This document shows positions 16,577 to 23,890 of a stretch of DNA of 40,674 nucleotides, piece after piece. A program made the position numbers and the translations under genes. Source of the DNA: a virus (Duplodnaviria; Caudoviricetes). The notes below the pieces were generated by a model, which had not been told where the DNA came from, ran no database searches, and saw nothing but the letters and a program-made list of their open reading frames with translations. Numbering within the stretch: position 1 is the first letter of the stretch; each line of letters opens with the position of its first letter. Location: positions 1-40,674 of IMG/VR virus record IMGVR_UViG_3300031746_000063. One strand, given 5' to 3'.

Positions 16577-16893
16577 GCAATAAAGAACTGATTTATGCGT
16601 GGAAACTCACAATCTTTGAGAACACGCCTCTAGTGCAAGAAACTATCGCAGCCCTTGAAGCCACTGACCGCACTCGCAATCGAGCCGCCAGCATGAGCAA
16701 CAAATCACAACTAAAGCGTGTCGTCACGCAGTCGCCAGAGTTTGCATATCTGAAAATTACCGAACTTGAAACCCAGCTCGCGGAGAGGGATGCGAAGATT
16801 GCTGCGCTCAATGCGCAAGTGGCAGCATATGGAATAGAAATTGATGACGCACCACAGGCCACAGATCGGAATATCGAATTCCCGAAGAAATAG
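16573..16893 (+). CDS. Accessory modular protein (boxes A, B, C)
   Basis: IAALEA, KIAALNAQ and APQAT. The start NKELI is shared with the gene at 15819. Confidence 0.7.
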   Translation: MSNKELIYAWKLTIFENTPLVQETIAALEATDRTRNRAASMSNKSQLKRVVTQSPEFAYLKITELETQLAERDAKIAALNAQVAAYGIEIDDAPQATDRNIEFPKK

Positions 16894-16917
16894 GGCACGG
16901 CTTACAGACCGTGCCCT
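16892..16917. terminator. Hairpin between convergent arms (probable terminator)
   Basis: AGGGCACGG/CCGTGCCCT 9-bp stem with an 8-nt loop at the arm junction. Confidence 0.7.
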
Positions 16918-16954
16918 TAACTTCGCCCCTCGGAGGAGTTACGCCGGGCAAAGG

Positions 16955-17296
16955 CTAAGTGTGGAAGTATAGTGACACAATACCTGCCGCCGTCGCAATG
17001 ACCGACAGAGTGCTCGCGGGAACCACAGGGACATACGTAGGTACGCGAGCGGGGCAGTAGATGGGACCAGTGCCGTCTGTAATATCCGCTGCAGGAACAG
17101 CCGCTGCCGCAGTAGGGTTAACGTATGTGTCCACGCTGGGCGTCACCACACACCACTTGACCCCTGTAGGTACAGTGTGGGATTCGGCTGCAGAGGCTGC
17201 AAACACACGATAATCACTGAAGCTGCCTGGTACTGTCTGGAGCAGCAACGCGCCCTGGCTGTCTTTGACGCGCTGCATGATGTTCGGACTTGCCAT
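16955..17296 (-). CDS. Hypothetical beta-rich protein (possibly virion-associated)
   Basis: Strong AAGGAG RBS. Ala/Thr/Val-rich sequence. Confidence 0.75.
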   Translation of the reverse strand: MASPNIMQRVKDSQGALLLQTVPGSFSDYRVFAASAAESHTVPTGVKWCVVTPSVDTYVNPTAAAAVPAADITDGTGPIYCPARVPTYVPVVPASTLSVIATAAGIVSLYFHT

Positions 17297-17346
17297 GATG
17301 TATCTCCTTTAGGGGTTGTAATGACCGGACCAGTATACGACGATAA

Positions 17347-17871
17347 TCATGGTGTGCTCTGATTAACGAAGGCGTGACAGGACTTTGCCCACACCCTTAG
17401 TTCGTCGGCTTCGATGGCGAGGGCAAAAAGAGCATTTGCAGTCGCATCAGGAATTCGGATTTCCAAGGGAACGTCTTGAGTTGCTCCGGCACTGGCGCTG
17501 GCTTGGCTTCCGGCGCTATCACCACAGACCCCACGTCTTTCGACGTTGAAGCGCAGCCCATCAGCGCGGCGTTTAGCATCAGCATCAGCAAGGCGCTTTT
17601 GATAGTCGGATAATATCGCATCGTAGTCCTTTTGATTGGTTATGGCACGTTGCCTGTCGGCTTCTTCACGACGGGCATTCTCGTTGATCTTCTCAGATAG
17701 TTGGGCTGCTGCCTCTTCTTTTTGTTTGACAATGGCGGTGATGTAGGGGGCAGCACCTTCTTCTCGTCGTCTGTCGTCATACGCGTCCTTCTGGTAAGCC
17801 AGGAACGCTACCAATGCGGCAATTGCCAGGGCGCCCAACACATAGCGATTGAGCAGGAGCGTCCAAGGCAT
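17347..17871 (-). CDS. Inner-membrane spanin (Rz-like)
   Basis: N-terminal TM helix, periplasmic coiled coil and C-terminal Cys. Lies downstream of the endolysin. Confidence 0.85.
   Translation of the reverse strand: MPWTLLLNRYVLGALAIAALVAFLAYQKDAYDDRRREEGAAPYITAIVKQKEEAAAQLSEKINENARREEADRQRAITNQKDYDAILSDYQKRLADADAKRRADGLRFNVERRGVCGDSAGSQASASAGATQDVPLEIRIPDATANALFALAIEADELRVWAKSCHAFVNQSTP
17397..17621 (-). CDS. Outer-membrane lipoprotein spanin (Rz1-like), embedded in Rz
   Basis: Signal peptide with lipobox LMG-C and a Pro-rich mature part. Nested in another frame of the Rz gene. Confidence 0.8.
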   Translation of the reverse strand: MRYYPTIKSALLMLMLNAALMGCASTSKDVGSVVIAPEAKPAPVPEQLKTFPWKSEFLMRLQMLFLPSPSKPTN

Positions 17872-17984
17872 CAGAAAAACTTCCCAATGACGAAGCCGAT
17901 CAGGAAAACGATGATGCCCATCGCGGCCTTACGGTGACTGTCGCCCCATACAAAAATCTTGTTGAGTGCTTCACGGATCTTCAT
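17871..17984 (-). CDS. 37-aa membrane peptide
   Basis: AGGAG RBS. MKIREALNKIFVWGDSHRKAAMGIIVFLIGFVIGKFF, with a TGATG overlap with Rz. Confidence 0.65.
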   Translation of the reverse strand: MKIREALNKIFVWGDSHRKAAMGIIVFLIGFVIGKFF

Positions 17985-17993
17985 GTGGATCTC

Positions 17994-18230
17994 CTAAGTG
18001 ATCTTGCGGTTGCAGGTATAACCGACAGAAAGCACCATCGGCTGTGCCAGCACCTTCATTGCGGCGATGGTTCTGGCGGCAGCTTCCTCACAGCGAATCT
18101 GCGTGCTGAATTCAGCCGCAGCCATTGTCGGTGGTACAGCGTAGTAGTTCTTGGACGGGATGACTTCCGATCCGGCCAGCGGTGCAGCAACGACGCTCAA
18201 GTAAAACGAGAAAATAATCAGCACATACAT
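17994..18230 (-). CDS. Small exported/membrane hypothetical protein
   Basis: AGGAG RBS. Hydrophobic N-terminus and an EFS...CEEAA...C pattern. Confidence 0.65.
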   Translation of the reverse strand: MYVLIIFSFYLSVVAAPLAGSEVIPSKNYYAVPPTMAAAEFSTQIRCEEAAARTIAAMKVLAQPMVLSVGYTCNRKIT

Positions 18231-18231
18231 T

Positions 18232-18438
18232 TCATCTCTCCTGCCTTCCGCTGGCTTGCCACGCGAACCATGCCAGCTTCATTGAACGGTGCGCGTAGTT
18301 TCCGTTCTGGTTCTTACGGAAGTTCCACACGCCTAGCGTTTGAAAACGCTGGTACATCAGTGCTTCAAATGCTCGCTGCTCTACGGCTTGTAAGTCCTGT
18401 GTCCGCTCCCCGGCGGGACGCTCTGTAGGTGGCACCAT
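18232..18438 (-). CDS. Small hypothetical protein or gene remnant, start uncertain
   Basis: AFEA...NGNY...AWFAWQA resembles small phage accessory proteins. No clear RBS/start after the endolysin stop. Confidence 0.4.
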   Translation of the reverse strand: MVPPTERPAGERTQDLQAVEQRAFEALMYQRFQTLGVWNFRKNQNGNYAHRSMKLAWFAWQASGRQER

Positions 18439-18803
18439 GTATTAGTGGCATCTGGATGTTCACGGAACAGCCCGTGCGCCATCAGTGTAGCATCCGTCAG
18501 CCATGCGTCCAGCTTATTCTGTGGGTCGTATATGTCGATACCCTGTGCACGGCGATGCGTACTGCTCACCGCTCCTGTCTTTGTCGTGCTCAACCGGAAA
18601 CCCCCATCGCCCGCTCCGCCCTTAGCTCCGGAAATCTGCGTGCCGGTATCGGGGTCGATCTCATTGCCGTAGGCTCCCGCGTTGAACGCGACAAACAGCA
18701 GGAGGTTGGCGAGGGAAAGAAGTATCAATGCATTCGACAGCATCTCCAGAGTGCACTCCGTACTCTGAATCTTCGCGCCGAAATACTGCTCAGTGGTAAT
18801 CAT
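18381..18803 (-). CDS. Endolysin, peptidase M15 family (Zn-dependent)
   Basis: GGFR...S-x-H...GIDIYD...E...WCHLQ Zn-ligand pattern, in lysis-cassette context. Confidence 0.85.
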   Translation of the reverse strand: MITTEQYFGAKIQSTECTLEMLSNALILLSLANLLLFVAFNAGAYGNEIDPDTGTQISGAKGGAGDGGFRLSTTKTGAVSSTHRRAQGIDIYDPQNKLDAWLTDATLMAHGLFREHPDATNTWCHLQSVPPGSGHRTYKP

Positions 18804-19207
18804 TGGGGGGGAGTCTCAGTAGGTGGTGGAGTAGGAGGCGGCGGGGCAGGAACTTGCCGCGTGATTATGGCGGCGACGATATCAGCGAGCTTCTCTGCCA
18901 GCTTAGGCACCATCAGCACCAAGGCCCAAGTGACAAAGTAGAACTGCCCAAACCACTCAGGCAATTTATTGTAGACCGTCATGCGTAGGAAAACCCAAGT
19001 TGTTGCAATCAGGGCGACAAGACCAGCAAGTTTGCGGAAGCTCGCTTTGCCAGTAATCTCGTCAGACATCACGTCCCTGAAGTTGTACTTGTTGTCAGGG
19101 TTCCGGCTTGCCATCCAGACAAGAACGATTCCCGCAACCAGCATCGCAACAAGAAGCCCTTCCCAAAAATCCAGGTCCGGCTTGAGTGTGTGCAATAGCT
19201 CGATCAT
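18800..19207 (-). CDS. Putative holin (3 TM segments)
   Basis: Three hydrophobic helices, immediately upstream of the endolysin with an ATGA overlap. Confidence 0.65.
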   Translation of the reverse strand: MIELLHTLKPDLDFWEGLLVAMLVAGIVLVWMASRNPDNKYNFRDVMSDEITGKASFRKLAGLVALIATTWVFLRMTVYNKLPEWFGQFYFVTWALVLMVPKLAEKLADIVAAIITRQVPAPPPPTPPPTETPPQ

Positions 19208-19557
19208 CTGCGTTGCCCCGCAACAGAGTCAAGATGGCGCTCCAGGCGATCAGCAGTCTTAGTCGTCGCTTCCACAGTAGCTTTCAGGATCGTCAATGTC
19301 TCGCTCTGCTGAACCGAGTGGAGGTTGATTACCGCCTGCATCGCCTTGAACTCTACCTGCGAAGCCTTGATGTCGTTGTTCTTGTCCACAAGTACCCACG
19401 CGACAACCGTTATCAGCGTGGCGAACACAGCAGACGCCAGCTTAACGGAGCGAAACAGAGAGGACTCTTCCGCTATGTGCTTTTGGATATCCCTGATGGT
19501 GTCCTGATCAACTTCAACGTACCCAGCGCGGCGCTCTACTTGGTGGTTCATGTCCAT
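19204..19557 (-). CDS. Single-TM coiled-coil membrane protein (holin/antiholin candidate)
   Basis: ERR motif, one TM segment and a coiled coil. First gene of the lysis cassette. Confidence 0.65.
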   Translation of the reverse strand: MDMNHQVERRAGYVEVDQDTIRDIQKHIAEESSLFRSVKLASAVFATLITVVAWVLVDKNNDIKASQVEFKAMQAVINLHSVQQSETLTILKATVEATTKTADRLERHLDSVAGQRR

Positions 19558-19564
19558 TCCTTAC

Positions 19565-21352
19565 TTATGGGTTAAGCGTCTCGCCCAAGTGGGTTGTTGC
19601 GATAGCGGCATCCGTCGCATCTACAATCCCGTCGCAATTCAAATCATATTGGTAACTGGGCAATCCGACAGGATTAGCGAAGTGCGCATTGATTGCTGCC
19701 ACATCCGCAGCATCAACAGTATTGCTTAAATCAGCATCTCCGTACAGCACGCCGAAGTTGAATGTGTAGTCCAAAATTCCGTTCATGCCCACTATAGCTA
19801 AGGCGACGCGCCGGTTGTTTGGTATGCCTGCAATGGAAAAACAGAACCAAGTTCCGGCATCTTGATTTGCGAAATTGGTGTTGAAGTCGATGGTGAAAGT
19901 TACAGGATACGTGTTCCCGAGACTGTCTGTGGCGGTCACGGACTGAATCCGGTTGGCAGTATCCGCGCAGTAAACCATAACAGCTACGTCCTGCCCCCCG
20001 TCGCGTGGCTCTACCAAAAGTGTTCCGTTAATGGGCGCAGTTACTCTCGCATCAGGGGGGAATATATTGATCACTGCCCAATTACCACCCATGAGCGGGT
20101 GCGTCGGATCAGACTTTACAAACTGTACCTGTGCTACGGCACTTAATCCATAACCCGTCGAAGTTATACTGGAGGCGTTCTGGTAGTTGCCATCGAGATC
20201 AGGATCGCCATTATTTAAGCTGATGATGCTCCCGTTAGTATCCAAGTCAGCTATGTGGGAGCTGTATGAAATGGCCCACCCGTTACGCGCTCGTAGCGCG
20301 CTGATATCTGTTGAAGTGTAGGTTAATGAGTTATTGCAGTCACCTATATTGAACCCGACATGCCCAGCGAACGACCCTACGGATGGCCCGACAATGCCGG
20401 TGATGGTGATTACACCCCACGTGTGATCGTAAACATTCGTAAGGGATACCTCAACGGTGTTGAGCTTGATAACACAGCTAGTATTGCCTACGGCTCGCCC
20501 TACGCTATTCGTGAATGTGCAACCGCCGATGGCAGTGACAATACCATTGAAGTGCACGATGATTTTGTGTGAGCACGGGAACCGGGGATCAGTAGGGGCA
20601 CGTCCCGCACGCGATTCGACAATAGGCAGTACGGTGTTGAAGGCCGCCAAGGCGTTTGTCATCAGCCTGTCGATAGTGATATTGACCCCGCCGGGGCCGT
20701 GCACTTTGCGGGAGCGCCACTGCGGGAACGTAGAATCAAGCAAGCCGGAAGTAACACGAAAACGCTCGCCCGTAATCGTCGTGCCTGATCCGCTACACAC
20801 CCCGTCGCAGTTAGCGTCGATGTTGAAGTTGCTCGCGTTGGGAGCTTGGCCTATCCCGGCGTTCAGCAAAAGGATATCCGATGTATTGGTCAAGTACCCC
20901 GTACCTGTCGGGGTACGCTTAGTTTTTGTGTAGTAAAAAGCTACGCGCAAAAGCAGTGCAGCTCCGCTGCCGCTCCCGTTAATGTTACTGCCAAACAGAG
21001 AGACATACTGGAAGTCGTGCACCTTGGTAAGCGGCACAAAGGCTTGGTTGCCTGCATAAGTGACAGTGCCGATTTCCGCATAGCCGTCGCCAATCGAGTA
21101 CGCGCCAGATGTGACGGGCTTGTCGAAGGTCAGCACCAGTAGAAATGTGCCTGTACCTTCTGCGCCGCCCACACGGCGGGGTTCTACGGACGGCATTGTT
21201 GCCAACGTACCAACCGTCAGAGCGTTGTCGAACGTACCGACGCTACCGTGCGTCAGCCGCGAGAGAGCTGAGAGCACGACAGGAAGTTTGGGTGGGAGCA
21301 TCACCTCAACGGTGGTGAAGTAGCCTTTGACCCGCTCGGTGGAAGTAATCAT
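19565..21352 (-). CDS. Tail-region protein with three beta-sandwich + type I dockerin-like modules
   Basis: Repeated SRxxHG...VE(P/S)R...(F)D/N...GN...G(F/V)xxGD and paired EF-hand-like loops, e.g. GDADLSNTVDAAD / DLNCDGIVDATD. Confidence 0.85.
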   Translation of the reverse strand: MITSTERVKGYFTTVEVMLPPKLPVVLSALSRLTHGSVGTFDNALTVGTLATMPSVEPRRVGGAEGTGTFLLVLTFDKPVTSGAYSIGDGYAEIGTVTYAGNQAFVPLTKVHDFQYVSLFGSNINGSGSGAALLLRVAFYYTKTKRTPTGTGYLTNTSDILLLNAGIGQAPNASNFNIDANCDGVCSGSGTTITGERFRVTSGLLDSTFPQWRSRKVHGPGGVNITIDRLMTNALAAFNTVLPIVESRAGRAPTDPRFPCSHKIIVHFNGIVTAIGGCTFTNSVGRAVGNTSCVIKLNTVEVSLTNVYDHTWGVITITGIVGPSVGSFAGHVGFNIGDCNNSLTYTSTDISALRARNGWAISYSSHIADLDTNGSIISLNNGDPDLDGNYQNASSITSTGYGLSAVAQVQFVKSDPTHPLMGGNWAVINIFPPDARVTAPINGTLLVEPRDGGQDVAVMVYCADTANRIQSVTATDSLGNTYPVTFTIDFNTNFANQDAGTWFCFSIAGIPNNRRVALAIVGMNGILDYTFNFGVLYGDADLSNTVDAADVAAINAHFANPVGLPSYQYDLNCDGIVDATDAAIATTHLGETLNP

Positions 21353-23088
21353 ATCGACATACCGGAATACAAGTCATTGGAGTCAATCCCTTTTGTCGGG
21401 GATGTACCACTAGAGATAGTTCCGTCTCCATCCAGATCACACTTAAAACACACCAGGTCGGGCTTGAACGCAGTGAATCCATCCCGGAGATGCGACGCAC
21501 TCAGGTCGGAGATATTCACTGCTCTTGAGTTATTCACATCGCCGATCAGGAAGCCCATGTTGATAGAGAGTGTCGTCGTCCCATTGATGCCGGGAAGAGT
21601 AACGGTCACGCGTTTTGCGTTTGCACAGTCGTCGATTACGACGACAGCATTGTTTCCGTCTGCATGTGCCGAAATACCTGAGCCGTAAGGGTTGCCTAGA
21701 CTGTCAACTGCAGTGGGCGTACCTACCGTAGTGACCGGGACATCAAGAGTAAACACGATGGTTGAAGATATCGGAGCACCGTTGTAGGAGTCCGGGAAAG
21801 AGCCTGCGGTTGCGTCCGGAGTGGTCATGCGCGGTTCGACCGTAACAGACCCCCCGATCAGCGCCGTCTGATCTAACACAATGTCGAACGGCCACCCATT
21901 GTGATAGCGGCGGGACGAGATGATAGGCAGAGTAGAGGCGTGCATTACAACACTGCTCCCGCCGCTTGTTTCTGCTGCGCCAGTACCGATGACGCCATCA
22001 ACGTTGCAGTCGTACATGCAGTTCGCGTTAGTGAGTGTTTCCCCCGTATGTCCGTTAATGAGCGCCACATCCGAAGCAGTTACCGACAGGCTGTTATCTA
22101 CATCACCCCACATACGGCGGAATCGGACCGAAGCTACTCCGGTTCCATTTATGTTCAGGCTGCGCACCGTAATGTACTGCCGATCCTGCATGGGAGGGAG
22201 CGTGACTAAGACTGTATTACCGACAAACTGAGCGCCCGAAGTGAACGCGGCTGCGTCAACGACTGCGAAAGTTCCTGAGTACACAGGGCCATCGAACGTA
22301 AATACCAAAGTCATTATGTCATCAGCAACATAAGACGAAGAGTTACCCCCCTTACGGCGGGGTTCGTTCGTTATCGACGAAAGACTCAGCGGAATGTCGA
22401 ACGTGCCCACTCCTGCATGGCCCATGCGGGACACAACAGAAAGCAAAGTTGGCACTGCTGCTGTGACCGCACCGCTGCACCCCTGCCAATCTGACAGGTA
22501 TGTAGGGCCACCACCCCCATAAGCGTAGAAAACTCCGGGCTGTCCTGTAGAGTACGTAGCGTCAGAAACTATCAGTACAATGGTGCTGCCGTGCATCACT
22601 TGTAGCGTGCTACCGTTCACCAGCAGGGAAATCTGATCCCCCTCATTAAACGTCCCGGACGCCGTGCCTAAAACAACGGACGCGCCCGAATCCCAGCGTT
22701 CCAAGAAAAAAAGCCCGTATATAGGGAGGCAGTACGCAACATACCCGCTTCCGAGTCCGTTCCACCGCACTGCAACACCGGCCCACCGATTAGAAGAGAC
22801 AGTGGGGAGATTGGTCAGAACGGCAGACGATGATTGCGAGGGTGTGAAAGAGCGGTCTGCTGGATCCCAAAAGTTGATGAAGTAGTTACCTGGGAAAATG
22901 CCGATAGTTCCGGCAGTCGCGCCGTTTGCGTCAGACTGCAGGGGAGGAACAATGCTGTCGGCCATCCACGGATACGCAAGCGGATTAGCGACCCTTCGCA
23001 GGCTATTGGCGAGGCATCGCTCAGGCGCACGAAGTTCCTCTACCGTAGTAGTGAAGTTATTCTGCCCTTCTACCAGGATGGTGTTCAT
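21349..23088 (-). CDS. Tail-region protein: lectin/ConA-like domain plus two beta-sandwich + dockerin-like modules
   Basis: GDVDNSLSVTASD / DCNVDGVIG and GDVNNSRAVNISD / DLDGDGTIS, each preceded by SRxxH...EPR units. Confidence 0.85.
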   Translation of the reverse strand: MNTILVEGQNNFTTTVEELRAPERCLANSLRRVANPLAYPWMADSIVPPLQSDANGATAGTIGIFPGNYFINFWDPADRSFTPSQSSSAVLTNLPTVSSNRWAGVAVRWNGLGSGYVAYCLPIYGLFFLERWDSGASVVLGTASGTFNEGDQISLLVNGSTLQVMHGSTIVLIVSDATYSTGQPGVFYAYGGGGPTYLSDWQGCSGAVTAAVPTLLSVVSRMGHAGVGTFDIPLSLSSITNEPRRKGGNSSSYVADDIMTLVFTFDGPVYSGTFAVVDAAAFTSGAQFVGNTVLVTLPPMQDRQYITVRSLNINGTGVASVRFRRMWGDVDNSLSVTASDVALINGHTGETLTNANCMYDCNVDGVIGTGAAETSGGSSVVMHASTLPIISSRRYHNGWPFDIVLDQTALIGGSVTVEPRMTTPDATAGSFPDSYNGAPISSTIVFTLDVPVTTVGTPTAVDSLGNPYGSGISAHADGNNAVVVIDDCANAKRVTVTLPGINGTTTLSINMGFLIGDVNNSRAVNISDLSASHLRDGFTAFKPDLVCFKCDLDGDGTISSGTSPTKGIDSNDLYSGMSI

Positions 23089-23285
23089 GGTGCGAGGTAT
23101 GTCTGTGAATCGACGGTGACATCGCCAGTATGGCGAAACCCATACATGTCCAAACCACTATTATCTGTGCGTACCCCCGCGATAGTCGGTGCAGGCATCG
23201 CCCGCGTAACAGGAGGGGCGAAAGAAGTCACATCCGCCAGAGGTCTGACAACGTACACATCAACAGGGAAGTCAAAATCGGCCAT
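23085..23285 (-). CDS. Small hypothetical virion-region protein
   Basis: TAATG and ATGA overlaps with both neighbours. Confidence 0.65.
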   Translation of the reverse strand: MADFDFPVDVYVVRPLADVTSFAPPVTRAMPAPTIAGVRTDNSGLDMYGFRHTGDVTVDSQTYLAP

Positions 23286-23890
23286 TACGTAGTCACTTCG
23301 TCAAACACGGTGACACTGCCAGCGGCCAGCGGGTACACGACTGGTGTGCCCCCGGAAGTAAATAGTTCAATATCGTACACACCCGTCAGCCATGAGTAAC
23401 CTGCCGTCACCGATGCAGCGACTGTCAGCGTGATCGTCTTAGCCGTCAAGTCGATGGCAAATTCACTGGTAGCCGTGGTGTATGACGCGAGCAGTGTGCC
23501 CCCGATGCGATCCCGAATCGTCATGCGGGCAGAAAGCCCGGTCAAGTCTACTGGCGTATTGTAGACCAGGTACCCCCCGGATGCATATGTGGAAAACTCC
23601 GCCGCGTTGATGTCGTTGATCGTCACCGTATTGACATCAGTAACACTGATTTTGTGAAAGTCTGAGTCCCGTAGCGGGCGATTCGTGGCATTGATTTGTG
23701 TCATGCCTAATGCAGACACCACCGCTGCCCGCCAACCCTCCGGAATACCGTGCGCAACCGCTGTAATACTGACCGGTGCTGCCTTGGTGATCCCTGTGAT
23801 CGGTTTGTAGACGATAGGGAGCGCCTCAAAACGATAGACACGAATCAACGTCTTGCCTTGCAAGATATTCAAATCAAAATTTGTGCTCAT
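23285..23890 (-). CDS. Virion structural protein (tail-fibre anchor-like beta-sandwich)
   Basis: ITGITKAAPVSITAVAHG segment plus the PVDLTG..ARMTIR...GVYDIE motif common in phage fibre-attachment proteins. Confidence 0.75.
   Translation of the reverse strand: MSTNFDLNILQGKTLIRVYRFEALPIVYKPITGITKAAPVSITAVAHGIPEGWRAAVVSALGMTQINATNRPLRDSDFHKISVTDVNTVTINDINAAEFSTYASGGYLVYNTPVDLTGLSARMTIRDRIGGTLLASYTTATSEFAIDLTAKTITLTVAASVTAGYSWLTGVYDIELFTSGGTPVVYPLAAGSVTVFDEVTT

Larger units (their letters stand above)
14380..16660 (+). repeat. Dispersed direct repeat box A: ATCGCCGCCCTTGAAG (IAALE)
   Basis: Exact at 14380-14395, 15541-15556 and 15912-15927. One mismatch at 16645-16660. Confidence 0.9.
14323..16820 (+). 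repeat. Dispersed direct repeat box B: GAGATTGCCRCGCTSAAGGC (EIAxLKAQ)
   Basis: Copies start at 14323, 16002 and 16505, with a diverged copy at 16795. Confidence 0.8.
14216..16865 (+). repeat. Dispersed direct repeat box C: GCA(CCACAGG)n, encoding APQATG and usually supplying the next RBS
   Basis: First CCACAGG at 14219, 14481, 15185 (three tandem copies), 15434, 16212, 16281, 16550 and 16852, plus a degenerate copy at 14650. Confidence 0.9.

Noticed and set aside
14216-16865. CRISPR array or attC-type integron interpretation of the box C repeats
   Set aside because: Spacing is irregular (tens to hundreds of bp). The repeats are short, coding and non-palindromic, and no cas operon or integron integrase is present.
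17320-17345. Shared late-promoter motif (TATACT here, TAAACT near 32772, TAGAAT near 40470 on the - strand)
   Set aside because: Only -10-like hexamers with no common upstream element, which is too weak to call.
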